From positions 1 to 46,014 of IMG/VR virus record IMGVR_UViG_3300027863_001761: 46,014 bases of DNA; one strand, given 5' to 3'. Under the pieces are notes generated by a model. That model saw only the letters and a program-made list of their open reading frames with translations, did no database searches and was not told the origin of the DNA. Origin of the DNA: a virus. Its lineage: Duplodnaviria > Caudoviricetes. Both the position numbers and the translations under genes were made by a program. Positions 1-8,460 of this stretch are shown here, piece by piece. Position 1 is the stretch's first letter. Every line of letters begins with the position of its first letter.

Positions 1-1401
1 ATGACGGTGGCGAGCGCGTACCCGAACTACCGGCAGCCGAAGATGCGCTGGTTGCCCGCTGTGCCGGAACACTGGAACGAGCAACGCGCCAAGACCTTTT
101 TCCGCGAGGTGGATGAGCGTTCGAAGACCGGACAGGAAGAACTGCTGTCGGTGTCTCACCTCACCGGCGTTACTCCGCGCAGCCAGAAGAATGTCACGAT
201 GTTCAAGGCAGCGAGCTACGTTGGCTCCAAGCTGTGCCGCCCCGGCGACATCGTCATCAACACGCTGTGGGCGTGGATGGGGGCGCTTGGTGCGAGCAGA
301 CACGTGGGCATCGTCAGTCCCGCCTATGGCGTGTACCGCCCGCACCACGCCGACAGCTTCAACCCGGCGTATCTCGATTACCTGCTGCGCACTCGAGCCT
401 ACGTGGCCGAATACATCGGACGTTCGACCGGCATCCGATCCTCGCGCCTGCGCCTGTACCCGAACCAGTTCCTCGATATCCCGCTGCTTCAGCCCCCACG
501 CCCCGAGCAAGACCAGATCGTGGCCTACCTGCGCGCGCAGGATGCGCACATCGCCCGCTTCATCAAGGCCAAGCGCGAACTCATCAAGCTGCTGACCGAA
601 CAGAAACTGCGCATCATCGACCACGCCGTCACGCGCGGCCTCGATCCCTACGTCCGCCTCAAGCCGTCCGGTATTGAATGGCTGGGCGATGTGCCGGAGC
701 ATTGGGAAGTTCGAAAACTCAAGTTCGCCACGAAACGAATCGTTGGAGGCTCCACGCCGAAAAGCGACGAGCCTTCCTATTGGGATGGCGGTATCGTCTG
801 GGTGACGCCACGCGACATCAGCAAAACCGATTCCTTGCACACGTCGCTGCGTACCATCACGGCAGCTGGCTTGCATTCCTGCGCGGCTGCATTTGTGCCC
901 CCCGGAAGCATCGTCATTACCTCACGCGCACCGGTTGGTAACGTTGCTATCGCGCGAGTTGAGCTTTGCACGAATCAGGGTTGCAAGGCCGTGGTGCCTG
1001 CGTCGGATATCGCCATCAGCGACTTTTTGTACCTGCTGTTGCTTCGCATGAAGGAACGGCTTCAGGTTCTTGCAAACGGTACGACATTCGCGGAGATCGG
1101 CACGTGGGCGCTTGCCAATGAGTTCATTCCAGTTCCGCCTGTCTCTGAACAGCAAGCCATCTGCCGCTGGATCAGCGATGAATGCCAGCCGCTGGACGAT
1201 GCCATCGCCCGCACCGAAGACGAAATCAAACTGATCCGCGAATACCGCGACCGGCAGATTGCCGATGTGGTCACCGGCCAGGTGGACGTGCGTGGCTGGC
1301 AACCCGGCCCGGACGACGTGGTAGACGACGCGGCGCTGGCCGCGCTGAGCGACGACCAAGAGGATGTGACCGAAGAGGAGGATGGCGATGGCGAAGACTG
1401 A
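1..1401 (+). CDS. hsdS: Type I restriction-modification specificity subunit
   Basis: Two TRD-plus-conserved-helix repeats (PPRPEQDQIVAYL / PPVSEQQAICRWI), central KPSGIEWLGDVPEHWEV motif, directly upstream of hsdR. Confidence 0.95.
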   Translation: MTVASAYPNYRQPKMRWLPAVPEHWNEQRAKTFFREVDERSKTGQEELLSVSHLTGVTPRSQKNVTMFKAASYVGSKLCRPGDIVINTLWAWMGALGASRHVGIVSPAYGVYRPHHADSFNPAYLDYLLRTRAYVAEYIGRSTGIRSSRLRLYPNQFLDIPLLQPPRPEQDQIVAYLRAQDAHIARFIKAKRELIKLLTEQKLRIIDHAVTRGLDPYVRLKPSGIEWLGDVPEHWEVRKLKFATKRIVGGSTPKSDEPSYWDGGIVWVTPRDISKTDSLHTSLRTITAAGLHSCAAAFVPPGSIVITSRAPVGNVAIARVELCTNQGCKAVVPASDIAISDFLYLLLLRMKERLQVLANGTTFAEIGTWALANEFIPVPPVSEQQAICRWISDECQPLDDAIARTEDEIKLIREYRDRQIADVVTGQVDVRGWQPGPDDVVDDAALAALSDDQEDVTEEEDGDGED

Positions 1402-4400
1402 CACCAGCGAGCGTTGGTTCGAGGCGCGCGTGGTGCGCGGCCTGACCGGCGTGCCGCAGCCCGAGTACAGCCATGCGCTGGCTCCCACGGACTTCGCCGC
1501 CACCCACAACGGCTACGTGCAGGGCAAGCCCACCGACTACAACCGCGATGTGGCGCTGGATGTGGCGCAGTTGCTGGCCTTCTTGCAGACCACCCAGCCC
1601 AAGGCAGTGGAGACACTGGAGCTGGGGGTGGACGGCATCAAACGCACCCAGTTCCTGCACCGCCTGCAAGGGGAGATCACCAAGCGCGGCGTGGTGGATG
1701 TACTGCGCAAGGGCGTAAGCCACGGGCCAGTACACGTCGATCTCTACAAGCTGCTGCCCACGCCGGGCAATGCCGCCGCGGCGGATGCCTTCGGCAAGAA
1801 CATCTTCAGCGTCACCCGGCAGGTGCGCTACAGCAACGATTCCGGCAACGAACTGGACTTAGTCGTCTTCATCAATGGCCTGCCGGTGCTGACCTTCGAG
1901 TTAAAAAACTCGCTGACCAAGCAGACCCTGGCCGACGCCATCGTCCAGTACCAGACCACGCGCGACCCGAAGGAGCTGCTGTTCCAGATGGGCCGCTGTA
2001 TCGCCCATTTCGCTGTGGACGACAACGAGGCCGCGTTCTGCACCGAACTCACGGGCAAGGCCTCGTGGTTCCTGCCGTTCAACCAGGGCTGGAACAGCGG
2101 TGCGGGCAATCCGCCCAACCCGAATGGCCTGAAAACGGACTACCTGTGGAAGCAGGTGCTGACCCGCGAGTCGCTGGCCAACATCATCGAGAGTTACGCG
2201 CAGGTGGTGGAGGAGGAAGAAGCAGACGCCATCGGCAAGAAGCGAAAGAAGCGCAAGCAGATCTTCCCGCGCTTCCATCAGTTGCGCACGGTGCGTGCGC
2301 TGCTGCGCCGCGCTCATACCGATGGGGTGGGCAGGCGCTATCTGATCCAGCATTCGGCAGGCAGTGGCAAGAGCAACACGATTGCCTGGCTGGCGCACCA
2401 GTTGGTGGAGCTGCGCCGCAAGGATGACCCTTCGAGGCCGCAGTTCGATTCCATCATCGTCATCACTGACCGGCGCGCACTGGACACACAGATTGCCCGC
2501 ACCATCAAGGGGTACGACCACGTGGCGGCGATCTTCGGCCATTCTGACAACGCGCAGGAACTGCGTGAGTACCTGCGCCGGGGCAAGAAGATCATCGTCA
2601 CCACGGTGCAGAAATTCCCGTTCATCCTCGATGAGCTGGAAGACCTTTCCAGCAAGCGCTTCGCGCTGTTGATCGACGAAGCGCATTCCAGCCAAGGCGG
2701 CAAGACCACGGCGCGAATGCACGAAGCCCTCGGCGGCCAAGCCGCCGCTCAAGATTCCAGCGGCAAGGTGGCCGAGGAGGCGTTCGAGGAGGACAGCACG
2801 CAGGATGCGGTCAATGCCGAAATCGAGAAGCGCATCGCCTCGCGCAAGCTGCTGGCCAACGCCAGCTACTTCGCATTCACAGCCACGCCCAAGAACAAGA
2901 CGCTGGAGTTGTTCGGCGAGAGGGTCGTGGTCGGCGACAAGGTGCAGTTCCGCTCGCCCGAAGAACTGACCTACACCACCAAGCAGGCCATCCAGGAGAA
3001 GTTCATCCTCGACGTGGTGGAAAACTACACCCCCTACGACAGCTTCTACCAAGTAGCCAAGACGGTGGCGGACGACCCGGAATTCGACAAGGCCAAGGCG
3101 CTGAAGAAGATCCGCCACTACGTCGAATCGCACGACAAGGCCATCCGCCGCAAGGCCGAGATCATGGTCGATCACTTCATCGCGCAGGTGGCGGGCAAGC
3201 AGAAGATCGGTGGCAAGGCGCGGGCGATGATCGTCTGCAACGGCATCGCCCGGGCAATCGACTACTGGCGCGAGGTGTCGGACTACCTCACGCAGATCAA
3301 GAGCCCATACAAGGCCATCGTGGCGTACTCGGGCGAGTTCGAGATTGGCGGCCAGAAGAAGACCGAGGCCGATCTGAACGGGTTTCCGAGCAAGGACATT
3401 CCGGCCAATCTCAAGCAAGACCCATATCGCTTCCTGATCGTTGCCAACAAGTTCGTCACCGGCTTCGATGAGCCCTTGCTGCACACGATGTACGTGGACA
3501 AGCCGCTGGCGGGTGTGCTGGCAGTGCAGACCCTGTCACGTTTGAACCGGGCCCATCCGCAGAAGCACGACACCTTCGTACTCGACTTTGCCGACAACGC
3601 CGAAGCGGTGAAGGCGGCGTTCCAGGACTACTACCGTGCGACCATCCAGACCGGCGAAACCGACGCCAACAAGTTGCACGACCTGAAGGCCGAACTCGAC
3701 GAGCAGCAGGTGTACAGCTGGCAGCAGGTGGAGGAATTGGTGGCGCTCTACCTTGGCGGGGCTGATCGGGACAAGCTCGACCCCATCCTCGATGCGTGCG
3801 TGGTCGAATACACGGACAAGCTCGGCGAGGACGATCAGGTCAAGTTCAAGGGCAAAGCCAAGGCTTTTGTTCGCAGTTACGGCTTTCTTGCCGCGATCCT
3901 GAGCTATGGCCACCCGACGTGGGAGAAGCTCTCGATTTTCCTGAATTTCCTCATCCCCAAGCTGCCCGCGCCCAAGGAGGAAGACCTCTCCAAGGGTGTC
4001 CTGGAGACCATCGACATGGACAGCTACCGGGTGGAGGCTAAAGCGGCGCTGAAGATGGCGATGGACGACGCCGATGCCACCGTCGAGCCGGTGCCGCCCG
4101 GTGGTGGAGGCGGCAAGGGGGAGCCCGACGTCGACAGGTTGTCGAACATCGTGCGCGAGTTTAACGACCTGTTCGGCAACATCGAGTGGAAGGACGAAGA
4201 CAAGATCCGCAAGGTCATCGCCGAAGAAATCCCGGCGCGGGTGGCGCAGGACAAGGCCTACCAGAACGCGCAGGCGAACTCCGACAAGCAAAACGCCCGG
4301 CTTGAGCACGACAAGGCGCTCAACCGGGTGGTGCTGGAGCTGCTGTCCGACCATACGGAGCTGTTCAAGCAGTTCAGCGACAACCCCAACTTCAAGCGCT

Positions 4401-4486
4401 GGCTGACGGACACGGTGTTCGATGCGACCTATCAGCCGGGCGCGGTTCCGCCGAAGGCACCGCCGCAGACAGGGGCGTCGGCGTGA
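1388..4486 (+). CDS. hsdR: Type I restriction endonuclease R subunit
   Basis: Nuclease motif DLVVFINGLPVLTFELKN, Walker A QHSAGSGKS, DEAH box, FTATP, QTLSRLNR. Start could be 1382 or 1388. Confidence 0.95.
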   Translation: MAKTDTSERWFEARVVRGLTGVPQPEYSHALAPTDFAATHNGYVQGKPTDYNRDVALDVAQLLAFLQTTQPKAVETLELGVDGIKRTQFLHRLQGEITKRGVVDVLRKGVSHGPVHVDLYKLLPTPGNAAAADAFGKNIFSVTRQVRYSNDSGNELDLVVFINGLPVLTFELKNSLTKQTLADAIVQYQTTRDPKELLFQMGRCIAHFAVDDNEAAFCTELTGKASWFLPFNQGWNSGAGNPPNPNGLKTDYLWKQVLTRESLANIIESYAQVVEEEEADAIGKKRKKRKQIFPRFHQLRTVRALLRRAHTDGVGRRYLIQHSAGSGKSNTIAWLAHQLVELRRKDDPSRPQFDSIIVITDRRALDTQIARTIKGYDHVAAIFGHSDNAQELREYLRRGKKIIVTTVQKFPFILDELEDLSSKRFALLIDEAHSSQGGKTTARMHEALGGQAAAQDSSGKVAEEAFEEDSTQDAVNAEIEKRIASRKLLANASYFAFTATPKNKTLELFGERVVVGDKVQFRSPEELTYTTKQAIQEKFILDVVENYTPYDSFYQVAKTVADDPEFDKAKALKKIRHYVESHDKAIRRKAEIMVDHFIAQVAGKQKIGGKARAMIVCNGIARAIDYWREVSDYLTQIKSPYKAIVAYSGEFEIGGQKKTEADLNGFPSKDIPANLKQDPYRFLIVANKFVTGFDEPLLHTMYVDKPLAGVLAVQTLSRLNRAHPQKHDTFVLDFADNAEAVKAAFQDYYRATIQTGETDANKLHDLKAELDEQQVYSWQQVEELVALYLGGADRDKLDPILDACVVEYTDKLGEDDQVKFKGKAKAFVRSYGFLAAILSYGHPTWEKLSIFLNFLIPKLPAPKEEDLSKGVLETIDMDSYRVEAKAALKMAMDDADATVEPVPPGGGGGKGEPDVDRLSNIVREFNDLFGNIEWKDEDKIRKVIAEEIPARVAQDKAYQNAQANSDKQNARLEHDKALNRVVLELLSDHTELFKQFSDNPNFKRWLTDTVFDATYQPGAVPPKAPPQTGASA

Positions 4487-4511
4487 TGACCGCGACGAGA
4501 GAGGAATGGGT

Positions 4512-5453
4512 ATGGAATTGAATCTGGCGAAAACCGTCGTCGGGTACCTCAAGGCGCACCCGGATGAAAAATTCACCGCGCGGCAGATCGCCGACTGGGT
4601 GTTTGCCAGCTATCCCGAGCAGTGTCAGGCCAAGAAGCAGAGCAGCCAACGGATCGAAACGGATGCCGAATTGGTGCAGCAGATCGTGCGCGAGATCAGT
4701 TCCCAGTTGCCGCGCCTGCAAAGGAAGCATCTGGAACTGAAGACGACCGAGGGGCGGCCGCGCAAGCACTACTACTCGGAGCGGACGGACAGCGCCGAGG
4801 TGGCAGCGGTCGAGAGCGAGGGGGCTGCGTCAACGACGGATGCGAGCACCTTGAAGATTGATGAGCACGCGCTGTACCCGATGTTGTCGCAGTACCTGTG
4901 GGAGGAGTTCGGGGTGTTCTCCAAGCGCATCGACGAAAAGCGCTCATTGAACAAGCGCGGGCCCAACGGCAACCGCTGGCTGTACCCGGACGTGGTCGGC
5001 ATGGAGGATTTGGGCGCAGACTGGCACCAGGAGGTGCGCGACTGCGTCAACCAGTATTCCGACAAGCGCACCAAGTTGTGGTCTTTCGAGGTCAAGCTGC
5101 TGATCAATCGCTCGAACGTGCGCGAGTGCTTTTTTCAGGCCGTATCGAACTCGTCCTGGGCCAACTTCGGTTATCTGGTCGCTGCGGAAATCGGCGGCAC
5201 CGACACACTGAAGGAACTGCGGATGCTCTTCGCGGCCCACGGCATTGGCTTCATCAAGCTGGACGTCGACAACCCTGCCGACAGTCAGGTGCTGATTCCG
5301 GCGCGTGAGCGCGACGAGATCGATTGGGACATGGCCAATCGGCTGGCCACGGAGAACCGGGACTTTTTGGAGTACGTGAAGCTGGTGAAACAGTTCTACC
5401 AGACCGGCGAGGCGCGCCCGGCGGACTGGGATGTTCCCGAGACGGGGGACTGA
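4512..5453 (+). CDS. HrgA/COG2958-like protein: N-terminal HTH plus PD-(D/E)XK nuclease domain
   Basis: WLYPDVVG...WSFEVK...FFQAVSNSSWANFGYLVA motif; GAGGA RBS at 4501; follows hsdR. Confidence 0.75.
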   Translation: MELNLAKTVVGYLKAHPDEKFTARQIADWVFASYPEQCQAKKQSSQRIETDAELVQQIVREISSQLPRLQRKHLELKTTEGRPRKHYYSERTDSAEVAAVESEGAASTTDASTLKIDEHALYPMLSQYLWEEFGVFSKRIDEKRSLNKRGPNGNRWLYPDVVGMEDLGADWHQEVRDCVNQYSDKRTKLWSFEVKLLINRSNVRECFFQAVSNSSWANFGYLVAAEIGGTDTLKELRMLFAAHGIGFIKLDVDNPADSQVLIPARERDEIDWDMANRLATENRDFLEYVKLVKQFYQTGEARPADWDVPETGD

Positions 5454-5457
5454 CGGG

Positions 5458-5748
5458 TTATTCCAGATGGCCGATCACGTCGAGGCGTTCATCGCCACGC
5501 TGAAACGCCCCGAACCAGCCGTCGCGCGAGTCGGCGCGCGTGCGGCTCACCAGCAACGTGAACCTCTCGCAGCCGCGCCCCTTGGCGGTGGCGAAGTCGG
5601 TGGTGTCGAATTTGGCCTCGCGCACCAGCGTCGTGGCCACCGACTTCATGGCCGACTCGAACAGGTCAAGCAGGTTGTCTTGCAGGCTGGCGTCAATGTT
5701 GCGCGAGGTTACGTCATCAATGACTGCGCGCTTGAATCGGTTACTCAT
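5458..5748 (-). CDS. Hypothetical prophage accessory protein (96 aa)
   Basis: ATG with AAGGAG RBS; preceded by the repeated GCTTGGCTT-N11-AGCGCG motif. Confidence 0.7.
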   Translation of the reverse strand: MSNRFKRAVIDDVTSRNIDASLQDNLLDLFESAMKSVATTLVREAKFDTTDFATAKGRGCERFTLLVSRTRADSRDGWFGAFQRGDERLDVIGHLE

Positions 5749-5776
5749 GACTATTACTCCTTGGTGGCGTGGATGA

Positions 5777-5808
5777 CATGAACGCGCTGTTCAGACGGAA
5801 AGCCAAGC
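5777..5808 (-). promoter_or_regulatory. Repeated promoter-like motif, copy 1 (GCTTGGCTTTCC-N8-AGCGCGTTCATG)
   Basis: Same motif with identical spacing at 34679-34711 and 35387-35419; each copy lies about 30 nt upstream of a start codon. Confidence 0.65.
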
Positions 5809-5828
5809 TCTTCCACGTGCTTCTGCAA

Positions 5829-6077
5829 TCAGGCGTTGCGAAGCAGCCAAGCGGCCTCTGCCTCGCGCCGAGTGACGAGTCCCGGCAGCACTTTTCCGCC
5901 GCCATAAACCCATCGGTTCAGCTCTTGCCGGGCAGCAACCCAGTCCCTCTGATTGACCCGCCGCCGAAGCGTCGACGCCTGCAGCCGCCCCGCCCCGAGG
6001 TTGAAGGTGAAATCGACGATGGCAGCGAGTCGCCCCTCTGGTTCAGCTGCCAGCACCGGGCAGTAGCGCAGCGTGGC
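5829..6077 (-). pseudogene. 5'-truncated GH24 lysozyme (C-terminal half only)
   Basis: ATLRYCPVLAAEPEGRLAAIVDFTFNLGAGRLQASTLRRRVN...RWVYGGGKVLPGLVTRREAEA; the catalytic E/D/T N-terminus is missing and the frame begins right after the Rz stop. Confidence 0.85.
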
Positions 6078-6602
6078 TCACTTGGTCGGTTCTCCCAAAG
6101 CATTTGCCTGCTCCCGATACCACCTCTGAAACTCCACCACCATCAGCGTCGTCTGCGCGGCATCCTCGGCTAGTTTTTCGCAGGTGGCAGCGCTGGCTTG
6201 CTGTCCGGCAGCAGGTACAGGGTCGGCGGGGGCTGCGTCAGTTCCGGTGGCAACGACGGAAACTTCGGGCACTGCGCCGGAATGACTTGTGGCGTGGTGG
6301 CGCACGCGCCGAGGAACGCGGGCAAGCAGATCGCGGCGATCCGCCACAATTTTGGCTTTCTCGGTTTCAAATTCATTCGATATCTCCTGGTTAATGGTGG
6401 TCTGATGGGTGGTCACAACCGCGACCTGCTCCGCTTGTTTTGCCATGGCCTGTGCTTGCATGGCCTTCTCGGCATTCCATTGCGCCGTGACGTGCTGTTC
6501 GCCATACCGGTAGCCGCCCAGGAACACCGCCAACGTGAGTGCGACAGCGCCGATCAGCCGCCACGGCAGCCATTTCAGAATTTCGATGACCGGAAACATC
6601 AC
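6078..6602 (-). CDS. Rz: Rz-like inner-membrane spanin
   Basis: N-terminal TM helix, Ala/Gln-rich coiled coil, position after holin/endolysin, embedded lipoprotein ORF. Confidence 0.8.
   Translation of the reverse strand: MMFPVIEILKWLPWRLIGAVALTLAVFLGGYRYGEQHVTAQWNAEKAMQAQAMAKQAEQVAVVTTHQTTINQEISNEFETEKAKIVADRRDLLARVPRRVRHHATSHSGAVPEVSVVATGTDAAPADPVPAAGQQASAATCEKLAEDAAQTTLMVVEFQRWYREQANALGEPTK
6170..6376 (-). CDS. Rz1: Rz1-like outer-membrane lipoprotein spanin embedded in Rz in another frame
   Basis: Basic N-terminus, lipobox LGAC, Pro-rich mature region, fully nested in Rz. Confidence 0.8.
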   Translation of the reverse strand: MNLKPRKPKLWRIAAICLPAFLGACATTPQVIPAQCPKFPSLPPELTQPPPTLYLLPDSKPALPPAKN

Positions 6603-6835
6603 GCACCTCCTCCCGGCTCGGTCTTGGCCTTGAATCCAAGAGCAGCGCCACCGGCGGCGAGCGTCGCGCCCAGCCCAATGCCGAATGCCTGCATGTCAAA
6701 GGGGTGTCCTTGGCCGACCACCGAATAGATGGCAAGTCCCAGGAACACGACCACCCCTTGCGCCCAGAGCACGCGCCCGATGTCGAAACTCTCGCCATCG
6801 GCGGTGGTGAAGCAGTCTTTGAGCAACTTCATCAT
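6599..6835 (-). CDS. Probable holin (78 aa, two TM helices)
   Basis: MMKLLKDCFT...; two hydrophobic segments; ATGA overlap with the endolysin stop and GTGA overlap with Rz. Confidence 0.65.
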   Translation of the reverse strand: MMKLLKDCFTTADGESFDIGRVLWAQGVVVFLGLAIYSVVGQGHPFDMQAFGIGLGATLAAGGAALGFKAKTEPGGGA

Positions 6836-7281
6836 GCTGTTTGCTCCTCGTTGAACTCGGCCTCTTCGGCCAGACGCCGGTGCAGGAGTCCTGCTATTAC
6901 CCGCCCCGCATCCCGGTCCCACAGCGGGAACTGCGCCGCAGCCGCCGCCAGACTCCCCGCATTGAGATCGCGCAACAGCGTCGAGCGCGCAAAGGCGCCA
7001 ACTCCGAGGTTGAACACGAAGTCCACCAGGGCATCGAACTCGGCCTGCTTGAGCGGCACGGTGACCAGCCGGTTGACCGCGGCGGCAGCTTCCCGGGTGT
7101 CCTGCTCCAGCCAGGCCAGCGCCTGCTCGCGCGTGCAGGTCATGCCCTCCATCACACCCTGGGTGTGGCCGTAGCCGATCGTCCAGACACATCCGGTATC
7201 CGCATAGGCTTGCAGCCGACAGCCTTCGAAGCGTTCGGTCAGCTGCTCACCCGCCTTGCTGTAGGTCATCGGCGGCTTCAT
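6832..7281 (-). CDS. Endolysin, GH24 lysozyme
   Basis: FEGCRLQAYADTGCVWTIGYGHT with E-D-T triad; FDALVDFVFNLG; GLLHRRLAE. Confidence 0.95.
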   Translation of the reverse strand: MKPPMTYSKAGEQLTERFEGCRLQAYADTGCVWTIGYGHTQGVMEGMTCTREQALAWLEQDTREAAAAVNRLVTVPLKQAEFDALVDFVFNLGVGAFARSTLLRDLNAGSLAAAAAQFPLWDRDAGRVIAGLLHRRLAEEAEFNEEQTA

Positions 7282-7832
7282 CGCGCGTCTCCCTGGTACT
7301 GCGGTTCATTGGCCAGCACCCAGGCCCAGAGCCGATCGAACGCCTGCATGTAGTAGTCCGCCAGGCCTGGCGAAGCCGTGAAGCACAGATCGTTCATTTG
7401 CTGGCTGGCGCTGGTGGAGTAGTTCCACGATCCATCCTCCACGCCGACTTTGCCGTCAGGCGTCCAGATCACGGTGGCCTTCAGATGCACGATCTGGTGG
7501 TGCACGGGGCTCGTGCCGATGAGGAAGTGCTCGCCATCGGCGAGCCCCGCCTCGCGAAGACGCGCGATCTGCGGCGCCTCGGCGCGCCCCGCGGCCTGGG
7601 TGTGATCGAAAATCACCTTCACGTCGGCGCTACACCGATGCGCTTCGATCAGCGCGTCGAAGAAGGGCTGCAGGGTGCAGCCGTAGATCATGGTGCGCAG
7701 CTTGGCGCCAGGAGCGGCGGCCCCGGCCAGGAACGCCTCGAAGGCTTTGAGGCCATCGGCGTAGGGGGTGATGATGCGGGTCTGCTCGGCGGTCTCATGC
7801 AGGATGCCGAGGGCGGCGAGGACTTGACTCAT
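7278..7832 (-). CDS. Single-domain phospholipase D/Nuc-superfamily protein
   Basis: HLK...D and GSWNYS motifs, ALIEAHRCSADVKVIFD segment; ATGA overlaps at both ends. Confidence 0.75.
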   Translation of the reverse strand: MSQVLAALGILHETAEQTRIITPYADGLKAFEAFLAGAAAPGAKLRTMIYGCTLQPFFDALIEAHRCSADVKVIFDHTQAAGRAEAPQIARLREAGLADGEHFLIGTSPVHHQIVHLKATVIWTPDGKVGVEDGSWNYSTSASQQMNDLCFTASPGLADYYMQAFDRLWAWVLANEPQYQGDAR

Positions 7833-8083
7833 GGCTTGATCACTCCGTGCAGCACACCCCAAATGACCGCCAGGCCGCTGCCGACGACGGACAGCCACAT
7901 GACGGCGCGCGCCCCGCCCTTGGCGGTGAGAAAGGTCTGCTTCATCTCGGCGAACTCCTCCGACTGCTTGTGGTGGAAGGCCTCGATGTAGCGGGCCAGC
8001 AGCCGGAACTCGGGCGATTCGATGGCATCGATCTCCGCACGTAGGGCGTCGATCGTGGTTTGAGGGGGGTGGGGTTCGGTCAT
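7829..8083 (-). CDS. Small protein with C-terminal TM helix (holin/antiholin-like, 84 aa)
   Basis: AAAGGAG RBS; helical N-terminus plus a hydrophobic C-terminal segment; first gene of the lysis block. Confidence 0.6.
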   Translation of the reverse strand: MTEPHPPQTTIDALRAEIDAIESPEFRLLARYIEAFHHKQSEEFAEMKQTFLTAKGGARAVMWLSVVGSGLAVIWGVLHGVIKP

Positions 8084-8113
8084 GGCAAATGCTCCTTTCA
8101 ATCGACCCTTGAT

Positions 8114-8147
8114 AAAAAAATGCCGCCTCGGGTCACCCCAGGCGGCA
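8114..8147 (-). terminator. Rho-independent terminator
   Basis: Minus strand TGCCGCCTGGG-GTGA-CCCGAGGCGGCA followed by T7. Confidence 0.85.
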
Positions 8148-8166
8148 GCCAGTGCAAAGCAGGACG

Positions 8167-8460
8167 TCAGAGGTTCTGGTCGCGCGCCGTCAGGGCCCGA
8201 TCGCAGTGCCCCGGATCCAGGCGATCGAGCAGCGCGCACAGCAGGCAGCCCCAGCGGGCGGGCCGGGCGTGCGCCGCGCGGCTGCTGATGGTCTGGCCCA
8301 GCGCGCCATTGGCCGCGACGTTGCCCAGGTCGTCGAAGCCGATAGCGATCAGCCACGCGCGCTGCGGATTGCGGACGATGGCCCAGGCCATGCGTGCGAG
8401 CGCCAGAGGTGCCACCAGCCACAGGGCGAACCAGATCAAGATCAACGGCCAACGTTTCAT
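8167..8460 (-). CDS. Small phage membrane protein with TISSR, CxxC and HC motifs (97 aa)
   Basis: MKRWPLILIW...; N-terminal TM; GQTISSRAA...CLLCALLDRLDPGHC; AAGGAG RBS; overlaps the rSAM stop. Confidence 0.7.
   Translation of the reverse strand: MKRWPLILIWFALWLVAPLALARMAWAIVRNPQRAWLIAIGFDDLGNVAANGALGQTISSRAAHARPARWGCLLCALLDRLDPGHCDRALTARDQNL

Noticed and set aside
4422-4511. Extended ORF-track starts (4422, 7192, 7898, 8833, 9369, 11841, 19859, 25849, 28055, 30660, 32264, 32599)
   Set aside because: Downstream ATGs with an RBS or stop/start overlaps fit better; the extensions overlap neighbouring genes
6830-6835. Met-Met start of the holin as a lambda S-type dual-start motif
   Set aside because: No charged residue between the two Met codons, so the holin/antiholin logic does not apply
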